A DNA stretch of 24,000 nucleotides from Candidatus Heimdallarchaeota archaeon (GTDB lineage: Archaea > Asgardarchaeota > Heimdallarchaeia > Heimdallarchaeales > JAJRWK01). The stretch's first letter is position 1, and each line of letters begins with the position of its first letter. Location of the stretch: the NCBI GenBank assembly GCA_027061945.1, contig JAMOVR010000296.1:1-24000 (forward strand), written 5' to 3'. A program made the position numbers and the translations under genes. Of the stretch, positions 7,626 through 15,942 are shown piece by piece. Below the pieces are notes generated by a model. It did not search any database. It saw only the letters and a program-made list of their open reading frames with translations, and was not told the DNA's origin.

Positions 7626-10154
7626 TTATTTTAATACGTCTAATTTTATCGGGGCTATTTTTTTATATGTGTTTACTATGTCTGAAAAGGTTTCGTATTC
7701 ATTAAGTTCTAAAAGATTTATTCCAAATAATTGTTGATTCTTCTTTAGAAAGCAGTTAATAAGTTTTTTATCTTCTTCTCGGAGATCGAATATATCTCCA
7801 CCGTTTAATTGATCTTTCTCGATCATGTTTTTAGGATCTCTTATGTAAATCGCTCCTCCTGAAGCTAAAGAAAACAAATTACTGCCGTGATATGGTGTAG
7901 GTATTTGTCTTACTTCTCCATTTTCATCGAAGAATACCGCATTAACAATAACAAAACCTCCTCCTTTTAGAGGATCTCCTGCCATAAACGACTCCGCCAA
8001 ATAATCTAAACTTGTGCCATTAATGACAACTTTAGGTTTACCTACAGCATTAATAAGTGGCCTTCCGGCAGTATTTCCTAAAACATAGATCTCACCTCCT
8101 TTAGCACCATATAAAAATGCTTGTCCTACATCACCATAAATAACTAGTTTTCCTCTCCGCATGATTTGTCCTACTTGATCTTGTGTTGAACAATGAACAT
8201 AGACTTCTGCCCCATCTAAACCAGATCCTAAATAATCCCCTGGATTCCCATAGACATCAACCCTCAAGTCTTCAGTATTTGGCCCCAGTCCTGAACAGCA
8301 AAATCTTTGGCCTCTCCAGTCAAAAGTATATATCCTTTTCCATCCTTTTTTATATGCCTCTATAATTATTCTTGCTGCGGAACTGTTTCCCTCAGCTGGA
8401 AAATCTCGGATGTCAATTGCCAAAGAAGCGTCCATTTGTTTTGGAGGTTCCAGTTTGTTTTTAATATCCCAGTTAAGTAAATAGATCCTACTTTTTTCTT
8501 CGGAGTTTATTAAGGGAAGACTTCGAAAGAATGAAAATAATTCTTGTTCTATTTTTGCTCGTGCCCATCCTACGTTATTATATTTTGATAAATGAAGACG
8601 ATCTAGTAGAAAAGTATAGTACGTGATAATCTCTTCGATGTTAATATGTTTCCCACGGATGAGTGTTAACAACTGGTCTAAATTATTTGCTTTGCTAATA
8701 ATTTTATTGAGCCTCTCTGAAAAATCATTTACATTTTCAAAAGCCTTCGCTGGTACTAACTCGTCTTTAGCAGGCTTCCTTACTTTTATTTTTTCTCCAA
8801 ACTTATTTTTGCATATTAATTGAATATTTTTTTCATTAAACGTGTTTTCTAAACTGAAAACAAAAGCTCCTCCATCGGTATGACTTCCTCCACGAGCTAC
8901 CCAATATTTATCGGCTTTAGCATAGAATCTCTTATCTTCATTAGATAGGCTTGCTAAGAATGCATCTATCGCTTGTCTTTCTGAAGCTACTAAACCAATT
9001 GTGGCGTAGTCATTTTGCTGTATGGCAAATACCTGTGGTCTTAACATTGAAGTGTCAGTGATTCCGATTAATTCTATATTAGTATTTTTAGTATTAGAAT
9101 ATCCAATTATAAAAAACCATGGGCCGTCAGGAGATCCATGAAAATGTTTTGTTTGTATTGCTTGATACTTAAGTTGTTTATCTCCGGGTAGTAATTTAAA
9201 GTCCCTTTCTGTAGTTGGTGCCATAGCTTCTATTACAGACTCTAAGGTATATCCATATACTCTTTTCCAAAGGTCAAACAAGTAAATAGCGACTTCTGTG
9301 TCTGTAAGAAATAACGGTTCAATTTGTTTTTGTTTTAGATATTGAGTTATTGAATAATAATTTGAAAAATCCCCGTTATGCACTAAAGCAGAGTTAACAG
9401 ATACAAATGGATGTGCTCCACCAGGATGCCAAACTCTTCCTTTTGTTGGATAACGATGATGACCGATCCAGATATTTCCCTCAAAATCTTCTAATTTATA
9501 ATATCTTATTACGTCATGAGCATATCCTACAAGTTTGAAAACAACAATATTTTTTCCAGCAGATAACACAAAAGCTTTTTTTTCACCTAAAGACGCATAA
9601 AACTGATTATTTAATTTATATGTGACTTGAAATATTATTTCATCATCTATTTCTTTGATATCAATATCATGTAATTTATTATTTTCAATGAATTTTTTTC
9701 TCCAATTATTCTTAACAGAACAAAAGTATCGTTTTATTTTAGGAGGGCTCGTTTCTAGACCTAAAGATTCATAGTTATCTAGTGTATCAACCCAATATTC
9801 TTTAGATATTTCTAAAAAGGGCTTAATATTTTCGTTCTCTAATGTTTCTACTATTGTGTCATCTAGAAAAGCAATTTGTAGAATATATTTTTCTTTTAAT
9901 TCCTCTTGTGAAACACCTAACTGTCTTGGATTTAACCCTAAAACAGCAACGCCTCCGCCTTTACCGTTACCACGATTTTTCATCTGGATTAAAGCATCAA
10001 AAAAATATTTTCCTTTTAGTTTTTGTGTGCTAGCCACACCAATAACACCACAGCCGCCTTCTGCGGCTTCCAATCTATGAGATGACAAATTATTACTTGT
10101 TTTAATAAGGTGTTTTCTAGAAAAAATGAGTTTTCTTATTTTTTCTTCTTGCAT
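7626..10154 (-). CDS. gltB: Glutamate synthase subunit: N-terminal class-II (Ntn) glutamine amidotransferase fused to C-terminal GXGXG domain
   Basis: A propeptide is followed by the catalytic Cys context GGCGVIGVAS. Ntn-GATase blocks are IGHHRYPTKG and ALVHNGDFSNY. The C-terminal GXGXG repeats are GNPGDYLGSGLDGAEVYV...YGDVGQAFLYGAKGGEIYVLGNTAGRPLINAVG...ESFMAGDPLKGGGFVIV. Its ATG lies 2 nt after the upstream gene's stop. Confidence 0.8.
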   Translation of the reverse strand: MQEEKIRKLIFSRKHLIKTSNNLSSHRLEAAEGGCGVIGVASTQKLKGKYFFDALIQMKNRGNGKGGGVAVLGLNPRQLGVSQEELKEKYILQIAFLDDTIVETLENENIKPFLEISKEYWVDTLDNYESLGLETSPPKIKRYFCSVKNNWRKKFIENNKLHDIDIKEIDDEIIFQVTYKLNNQFYASLGEKKAFVLSAGKNIVVFKLVGYAHDVIRYYKLEDFEGNIWIGHHRYPTKGRVWHPGGAHPFVSVNSALVHNGDFSNYYSITQYLKQKQIEPLFLTDTEVAIYLFDLWKRVYGYTLESVIEAMAPTTERDFKLLPGDKQLKYQAIQTKHFHGSPDGPWFFIIGYSNTKNTNIELIGITDTSMLRPQVFAIQQNDYATIGLVASERQAIDAFLASLSNEDKRFYAKADKYWVARGGSHTDGGAFVFSLENTFNEKNIQLICKNKFGEKIKVRKPAKDELVPAKAFENVNDFSERLNKIISKANNLDQLLTLIRGKHINIEEIITYYTFLLDRLHLSKYNNVGWARAKIEQELFSFFRSLPLINSEEKSRIYLLNWDIKNKLEPPKQMDASLAIDIRDFPAEGNSSAARIIIEAYKKGWKRIYTFDWRGQRFCCSGLGPNTEDLRVDVYGNPGDYLGSGLDGAEVYVHCSTQDQVGQIMRRGKLVIYGDVGQAFLYGAKGGEIYVLGNTAGRPLINAVGKPKVVINGTSLDYLAESFMAGDPLKGGGFVIVNAVFFDENGEVRQIPTPYHGSNLFSLASGGAIYIRDPKNMIEKDQLNGGDIFDLREEDKKLINCFLKKNQQLFGINLLELNEYETFSDIVNTYKKIAPIKLDVLK

Positions 10155-10156
10155 TT

Positions 10157-11488
10157 TTAGAACACCTGCTTCTTATAATAAAGAACTTCATTTTTTCCGA
10201 CTAATTCTCTTATTGAACTTAGACCTAAAGCCGCCAAAATTTTTCGCCATTGTATTATCCAAGATTTATACATGTTGATTATCCTTTTTGAACCCCAAAT
10301 TGGGTCTATAAATAAGGATAGCTCCGGATCTGTGGTTGTTATTCCTATTTGACAGCCTCTACCTCTCTCACAATTACCACAATGAGTACAACCTACTGCA
10401 ACTGCTTCACTAGTGCCTATCACGACCCCATCTGCTCCAAGAGCAATTGCTTTCGCCGCGTCAAAAGCAGTTCTTATTCCTCCACTTGCTATTAATGTAA
10501 CGTCATCCCGAACTCCTTCTTTAATTAAGTATTTATGGACAATAGGAATCGCATATTCTATGGGCATAGCAATATTCTTCTTAGCAATTTCCGGAGCAGC
10601 ACCAGTACCTCCATATGCTCCATCAATATGTATTATTTCTGCCCCTGCATAATAACTACCAATTGCGACCATATCTACATCTCGAGGCGTAGATACTTTC
10701 ACAGATACCAATGCGTAGGGATTGATAGTTTTAACCCAATCTACATGTTTTTTGTGATCTTCTACAGAATATACACTATGGAATGGAAATGGAGAATATA
10801 AACTTGTAAATTCTGTTGACTCACGCATTTTGGCTACTGCTGCAGTAACTTTGTCAGCAAGTAAGTGCCCACCAAGTCCTGGCTTAGCACCTTGAGCATA
10901 TTTGAATTCTATAACTGGTGCTATTTGTAACGTTTCTTCTCTAACACCAAACATGCCAGTCGCCAACTGGACTATTATATGATCTTTAAACTTCATTAGA
11001 GGTTCAGGGTATCCCCCTTCACCGGTACATGTTAATGTCCCCAATTCTTTAGCGGCCATAGCTCTTGAAATCATGAAATTCAAGCTAACAGAACCAAAGG
11101 ACATTCCCCCGCCATATGCTGGAATTTTAATATCAAGTTTTCTCCCGACTTTTTTCTTATTTAACGAGATACTTAGATCAATATTCTTTTCATCTGTCCT
11201 ACTAATCTCGGTCTCAAGGATTTCTTTTTCTCTTTTAAAATGTATACAATCAAAACCACCTTTAGAAGCGCCAGTTAAGTAATTTAAACCATTATTGGGA
11301 GGGTTCCCGTTTTTTGCTTGATAATAAGTTGAAAGAATCAGGTCTGAAGTCCATCGGACATTTCCCATGCCTGATGGAACGCCATATTTAAGACTCGGTA
11401 AGACATCTAATCCATTTCTTATGTTATTACTATGTTTAGCAACTTTTTTCGCTAAAATTTTATCATTAACGCCATTCAAGGTCTCCAA
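10157..11488 (-). CDS. gltB: Glutamate synthase FMN-binding (domain 2) subunit with Fe-S cysteine motif
   Basis: GGGMSFGSVS, CTGEGGYPE, YAQGAKPGLGGHL, IHIDGAYGGTGAAP and ASGGIRTAFDAAKAIALGADGVVIGT are characteristic GltB FMN-domain blocks. A cysteine cluster GCTHCGNCERGRGCQ is present. The TTG start overlaps the upstream gene's 3' end. Confidence 0.85.
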   Translation of the reverse strand: METLNGVNDKILAKKVAKHSNNIRNGLDVLPSLKYGVPSGMGNVRWTSDLILSTYYQAKNGNPPNNGLNYLTGASKGGFDCIHFKREKEILETEISRTDEKNIDLSISLNKKKVGRKLDIKIPAYGGGMSFGSVSLNFMISRAMAAKELGTLTCTGEGGYPEPLMKFKDHIIVQLATGMFGVREETLQIAPVIEFKYAQGAKPGLGGHLLADKVTAAVAKMRESTEFTSLYSPFPFHSVYSVEDHKKHVDWVKTINPYALVSVKVSTPRDVDMVAIGSYYAGAEIIHIDGAYGGTGAAPEIAKKNIAMPIEYAIPIVHKYLIKEGVRDDVTLIASGGIRTAFDAAKAIALGADGVVIGTSEAVAVGCTHCGNCERGRGCQIGITTTDPELSLFIDPIWGSKRIINMYKSWIIQWRKILAALGLSSIRELVGKNEVLYYKKQVF

Positions 11489-12965
11489 ACGCCTCCTGTT
11501 CTAATTCATAATGAAACATGGCTCTGCCAATATCCCCCCTTAATCTTCTTACGTCTTTCATTCCCATTGCACTAAGAATTTCTATTAGTTGACTGTGCCA
11601 AGAAGAAATTAAATTTAATAATCGTTTTTTTCCCCATGAAATGTCTATTTTCTCTTCTTTAAGCTGGTCATGATCTCTGTTTATTACTTCTCCTACAAAT
11701 TCAAGCTGAAGTGCAACCGCTACAGAAGTGTCTATAGATATTGCATCTGCACCCATAATAATCGCTTTTGGGACATGTTCAGCCATAGTTATCCCCCCAC
11801 CAGCAATAATAGTAATTTCTTCCCTAATCGAATTATTAACAAGCAAAGAATGTAAATCATAAATCACGTTTTTGATAAATTGCTTCTTTCCACTCTTTGA
11901 GAATATCCCATGATAATTTGACACTATATGTACGCCATCAATTATTTTTTCTCTAAAATTTTCTACAATATCATCAAAATTGTTACTTTTAGTAATTCTA
12001 TAAAATACAATACTTTTATTGAACTGCTCTCTGATTTCTGGCAATAATGTCTCAATTTCAGGGTTAATTTCGATCATTAGTGGGGTGTATCTTAAATTTA
12101 TTAATTTTTCAAAGTCATTTTTGGATTTTAGCAAGGGGACCCATAAACGGCGGTCACATGATGTTTTCAACTTTGAAAAAGCATCAATTGTTTCAATAAA
12201 AAGAGTTGGTATCTGCATACTTGCTAAGAGTATACTCTGTAACACTGTAACTTCTTTAATTAGTGGGGACATTGTGTCAAAGATTATAGGTACTGGGATT
12301 TTTACTATTCTAAAACTATTTTTTGCAATGTCTTGTTCTATTTTAGCCGAAAATTCTGCTTTTCGGCCTAGATCAATGGTAGTTGAAATGTATTCCCTAC
12401 CATGTACACCATCTCTCGTTGGCCTAACTATTTCAGACATATCTGTCCACATTGAGTCCCAGCCATCACCAGCAAACGCACCTTTATAACCCATGCCCTT
12501 AATCGGGATTTTACCAGTTTTTGCCTCGTAATTAACAACGTACATTGGACTGGAATAAGCAGTACTTGGTGCTTTGGGAATCCAATAGCTATCTCCAAAC
12601 TTCAAGAACTCAGGATTCCGGTCAACAGTGCAAATATTAGGGTATTCAAGAACACAACGCATGCAACCAGTACAATATTCCCTTCGGGGAGCTAATCCTC
12701 CTAAAGGCCCTCCGAAGACACCATAAATACAAGGTCTACTGAAAATTACTTTTCGTTCTTCTTTGGTGAAAAATTTGAGCCCTGCTTTTAAAGATTCTTT
12801 AGTTATCATAGTAATTAGCTTTAGCTTTTTAATTTTAGGATAATACGGATTAGGGATTTTTTTACGGTCTTCAACTGTGCGAGTTTTTAAGTGAAATTTT
12901 TCATGAGGAAGAATTAAGGGTGTAATTCCTATCTTTGTTAAGTTTTCTTTAATAGATTCAGACAC
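11466..12965 (-). CDS. Glutamate synthase domain-2-related flavoprotein paralog with N-terminal Cys-rich (Fe-S-like) segment
   Basis: N-terminal Cys motif CTGCMRCVLEYPNIC. The C-terminal TIM-barrel end IIAGGGITMAEHVPKAIIMGADAISIDTSVAVAL parallels the ASGGIRT...GADGVVIGT block of the neighbouring gene. The MSFG and GEGG blocks are degenerate (PIIFDTMSPL). It is the first gene of the operon and uses a GTG start. Confidence 0.65.
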   Translation of the reverse strand: MSESIKENLTKIGITPLILPHEKFHLKTRTVEDRKKIPNPYYPKIKKLKLITMITKESLKAGLKFFTKEERKVIFSRPCIYGVFGGPLGGLAPRREYCTGCMRCVLEYPNICTVDRNPEFLKFGDSYWIPKAPSTAYSSPMYVVNYEAKTGKIPIKGMGYKGAFAGDGWDSMWTDMSEIVRPTRDGVHGREYISTTIDLGRKAEFSAKIEQDIAKNSFRIVKIPVPIIFDTMSPLIKEVTVLQSILLASMQIPTLFIETIDAFSKLKTSCDRRLWVPLLKSKNDFEKLINLRYTPLMIEINPEIETLLPEIREQFNKSIVFYRITKSNNFDDIVENFREKIIDGVHIVSNYHGIFSKSGKKQFIKNVIYDLHSLLVNNSIREEITIIAGGGITMAEHVPKAIIMGADAISIDTSVAVALQLEFVGEVINRDHDQLKEEKIDISWGKKRLLNLISSWHSQLIEILSAMGMKDVRRLRGDIGRAMFHYELEQEAFGDLEWR

Positions 12966-13080
12966 TTGTCATTCCACGTTTCTCGCTTTGTATGGATGCA
13001 CAAAATCTGCATTAATAAAGTTCACGTTTTTTTAAAAAATTTTTAACTATTTTTGAGTAGGATAAAATGAAAAAAGCATT

Positions 13081-14016
13081 TTAACTGGTAAAACCGATAA
13101 TATTTACGTTTTCGGCCCATAATACTTTTCTTTGCCTCGGATAAAATACTGCAGCGGGACTACGCATGAACTCTACTACAGTGTAATCAATACTACCCCA
13201 TTGGACCACATTAATTGCTCTTTCGAAAACATCAACAATAGTCCCTAAAACTAACATAATTTTATCTTTAGCGTCATTGTCTTGCCCCTTAGCTTGTGCC
13301 CATGTTTCATGTGGAATTGGCTTCTTTGGTTTACTGATAGATGCAATGATTATTTTACGTGTCCATTCAAACTGGAACACATATCCTGCAGAACAATAAA
13401 CAAAGAATCTCTCAACTAAATCAATTTGTCTTGATATTGGTGCCCATACTGCTTTTGCGGTTTCTACCATTAATGGTCCTAGCAAAGCAGCAACATTTTC
13501 CTTTTGATGTTGACTAATTATCGGTGTGTCCATACATTCTTCAAGAATTATGTCATAACTCTTATTAAAAATGGTAATACCTAATGTCGAAGGTGATGAT
13601 GCTAACCTCTCAATAATTGAATAACCGTATTCTTTGAATATCTTATCTAAATCTACAGAAAATTTTTCATACTTATTAGTTTCAATAATTCCTCTTTTCA
13701 AGTCCTCAATGAAAATCTCTTCGAATTTTTTACCAATTTCTTTAGCGATGATTCTAAGAAAAGGAAATAACTTAGTTTTTCGAGATCTTAACGCAACATA
13801 TACATATTCGCCTTGCTCAATAAGATATTCAGAATTCTGTAATTCAACACTTTTAACTTCTTCTTCCGTGGTCTCCACAATTAGGTTTTGAATTGCTGTG
13901 AGTGCACCAGCAAAAAGGATGTTGTCATTGTCATTATCATAAACGTAATCTCTCATGAATAATGGTACGCCAGTCTTTGTAACGACGAGCAGTGCATCGA
14001 TTAGTTTTTCCACCAC
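13081..14016 (-). CDS. Hypothetical protein, possibly tandem longin/roadblock-like alpha/beta domains
   Basis: The N-terminal pattern IDALLVVTKTGVPLFMRDY...ILFAGALTAIQNLI...VELQNSEYLIEQGEYVYVALRS...LRIIAKEIGKKFEEIF resembles the strand-helix-strand layout of longin/roadblock (LC7/MglB) folds. A second similar unit is LGITIFNKSYDIILEE...VAALLGPLMVETAKAV...FFVYCSAGYVFQFEW. The fold assignment is by eye only. Confidence 0.55.
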   Translation of the reverse strand: MVEKLIDALLVVTKTGVPLFMRDYVYDNDNDNILFAGALTAIQNLIVETTEEEVKSVELQNSEYLIEQGEYVYVALRSRKTKLFPFLRIIAKEIGKKFEEIFIEDLKRGIIETNKYEKFSVDLDKIFKEYGYSIIERLASSPSTLGITIFNKSYDIILEECMDTPIISQHQKENVAALLGPLMVETAKAVWAPISRQIDLVERFFVYCSAGYVFQFEWTRKIIIASISKPKKPIPHETWAQAKGQDNDAKDKIMLVLGTIVDVFERAINVVQWGSIDYTVVEFMRSPAAVFYPRQRKVLWAENVNIIGFTS

Positions 14017-14225
14017 AAAAAATATTCTGCAGAGGTAGATTAAAAATATGGTCTAATTAGACTGCGAATAAATATATTTTTTCTTGAAAACAAATTGAAA
14101 ACTAATACATATTTTTATGTTCTTTAATACTAATTTTCTAAGAGTTGTTTTTACGTTGAATTTAACTTTTTCTATTTTTTAGAGAGAATAACTGTAAATA
14201 TTAGTTCTTAGATATATTACTTAAT

Positions 14226-14678
14226 ATGACACCCACAGAAATTCATGACCGGGAAATAATATATTCAGAAAATGCACCTAAAGCAATTGGACCTTATTCC
14301 CAAGCAGTGAGGGTAGGAGGAATGGTATTTACTGCAGGGCAATTAGGGATAGACCCCAAGACAGGAGAATTAGTTTCTGGGGGAATAGAAGCGGAGACTA
14401 GACAAGCATTAGAGAACATTAAAAACATTCTTTCTCAATGTTCTTGTTCGTTAAAGGGAGTAATCAAAACAACTGTTTTCTTGAAAGATCTTGGAGACTT
14501 CCAAAAATTCAACAAGGTATATGCCGAATTTTTCCCCGAAGAACCACCTGCAAGGACAACAGTACAAGTTGCTGCTTTACCTAAAGGAGCAAGCATAGAA
14601 ATTGAGGCAATTGCAGTTCAACCGCAGTTATTACTCCCTGAAGAAAAAGAAGGTGAAGCAAGACCAGACTATGCATAA
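14226..14678 (+). CDS. ridA: RidA / YjgF / TdcF-family reactive enamine-imine deaminase
   Basis: Near-canonical RidA sequence: [93 protein letters not shown]. It carries a roughly 20-aa C-terminal extension. Confidence 0.9.
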   Translation: MTPTEIHDREIIYSENAPKAIGPYSQAVRVGGMVFTAGQLGIDPKTGELVSGGIEAETRQALENIKNILSQCSCSLKGVIKTTVFLKDLGDFQKFNKVYAEFFPEEPPARTTVQVAALPKGASIEIEAIAVQPQLLLPEEKEGEARPDYA

Positions 14679-14735
14679 AAAAGAGTTAAAAGATTATAAT
14701 TAGATAAATAAAAACAATTTTAATGCCTTTTAGCA

Positions 14736-15914
14736 CTATGGTTTAAATTGTTTTCTAGCTTTTACTGCTTCAAAAACAAGATTCTCTATTTTAGTATTGA
14801 TCTTTTCTATGTTTTGTAACGAAAATTCTTGTAACTCGTCAAAACTTAGTCCTTCCCGGACTAATAATTCTTTTTTAGCATATTTTGCTTGTTGCATGGT
14901 TTTGACTATTCTTGGGGCTACTTCTAGACCACTTATTATTGCTCTTAATGCTCTTTCTCCGACTTCTTCCTCAGAAATAAATTTTAGATATGGTCTTGTA
15001 TATTCAAAGGACGAAGAAAGTTTCTTTGCTTCAAAATTGGTTTGAAAGTCTAACTCAACATTAAACCACGCAATATAAGCACCTTTTGCTTTATAGATCT
15101 CTTCTTTTTTAATTTTAGTAACATAGTGCACAGAATCAATAATAAGATCATTTACTCTAACAGCTTTTTGTTTTTCATTTAACTTTCCAATGGTTCTAGA
15201 GACTATTATAGATAATCCTTTGATAGTTAGGACTTCAACTAAGTTGTTAAGAGTTGCTTTATAGTCTTCAGAAATAGATGGAAGATATGAACTAATAATC
15301 AAATCTCTGAGAGTAATTGCTAGTAAGTTGTTTTTTTTGGCTACGAATTCTTCAAAACTCAAACTTTTTTCTTCTTCTCCTGGGCTACTGTCATACAGTA
15401 TGACTGGTAAGTTCAACGCTTTTTCAGAGTATAGTGCGTAGAATAAAAATTCAGAGCTATTAAGTAAGGCCGTTGCGGGTTCTGAAAGGTCAGGATAAAT
15501 ATAGAGCACCACAGGAACTATGCCAAACTTTTCTTTTAAGTAATTAGCGTACCAAAGTCCTACACCAGAGCTAAAAGTGCCACTACTAACTAAGATCATA
15601 GTGAATTTATTTTCTTTTTTAATAATTTTCTGCGTATTTTTTCTTATTTTCTCTTCTAGTTCTGTGTCTATGTTATTTTTATAGTCATCTACTCTTTTTG
15701 GTCTTCTCTCAAGATCTTCTTCAAAAGATACTTCGTTGTCAAATTTTTTGGATAAAAGGTTTTTTTGTTTTGTGCGTCTTAGCCATAAAGAATGAACTTT
15801 TGCATCATATTCTTTCATGGAATTAATGATATCAACTCCCATCTTTCCAGCGAAGTCTCCAATGGCGATTAATGAAAATTCCATTTCTATTTTACCAAAT
15901 AGTCTTTTGAACAT
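14736..15914 (-). CDS. Divergent FtsZ/tubulin-fold protein, paralog B (third gene of operon)
   Basis: Collinear with FtsZ blocks. T1-like: SLIAIGDFAGKMGVDIINSM. T4-like: FTMILVSSGTFSSGVGLWYANYL. Next strand: IVPVVLYIYPD. IPND-like strand: LNLPVILYDSS. There is also a T7/H8-equivalent region and a C-terminal domain (GAYIAWFNVELDF...LRAIISGLE). Clear paralogy to 17283..18542. A GGGAG Shine-Dalgarno-like motif lies 10 nt upstream of the ATG. Confidence 0.55.
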   Translation of the reverse strand: MFKRLFGKIEMEFSLIAIGDFAGKMGVDIINSMKEYDAKVHSLWLRRTKQKNLLSKKFDNEVSFEEDLERRPKRVDDYKNNIDTELEEKIRKNTQKIIKKENKFTMILVSSGTFSSGVGLWYANYLKEKFGIVPVVLYIYPDLSEPATALLNSSEFLFYALYSEKALNLPVILYDSSPGEEEKSLSFEEFVAKKNNLLAITLRDLIISSYLPSISEDYKATLNNLVEVLTIKGLSIIVSRTIGKLNEKQKAVRVNDLIIDSVHYVTKIKKEEIYKAKGAYIAWFNVELDFQTNFEAKKLSSSFEYTRPYLKFISEEEVGERALRAIISGLEVAPRIVKTMQQAKYAKKELLVREGLSFDELQEFSLQNIEKINTKIENLVFEAVKARKQFKP

Positions 15915-15942
15915 TTTTTATCAACTCCCGAATAACTTTACC

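Noticed and set aside
12019-12489. 156-aa plus-strand ORF. The same applies to other track ORFs lying inside longer opposite-strand genes: 4614..4859, 4688..4885, 7117..7362, 7165..7368, 8183..8365, 8623..8823, 9842..10033, 9856..10080, 10413..10652, 10535..10801, 11073..11282, 11670..11855, 13634..13891, 14797..15045, 16049..16489, 17341..17559, 18812..19027, 20777..20965, 21901..22110 and 1351..1617.
   Set aside because: Each is fully nested antisense (or out of frame) within a gene that has strong family motifs or a much longer ORF. Their translations are low-complexity with no recognisable motifs. Such shadow ORFs are expected in AT-rich genomes with few stop codons on the antisense strand of K/I/N-rich genes.
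13019-13026. Third occurrence of CGTGAACT (minus strand) behind a TATA-like string upstream of the glutamate synthase operon, possibly related to R1/R2
   Set aside because: Only the 7-8-mer is shared and none of the other R1/R2 blocks follow. Chance occurrences of a 7-mer are expected in 48 kb of two-strand sequence.
14051-14062. Perfect 12-bp palindrome GTCTAATTAGAC just upstream of the TATA-like region of the 13081..14016 gene, a possible operator
   Set aside because: By a rough estimate, around ten 12-bp perfect palindromes are expected by chance in 24 kb of AT-rich DNA. It is not repeated elsewhere in the window, so it is not significant on its own.
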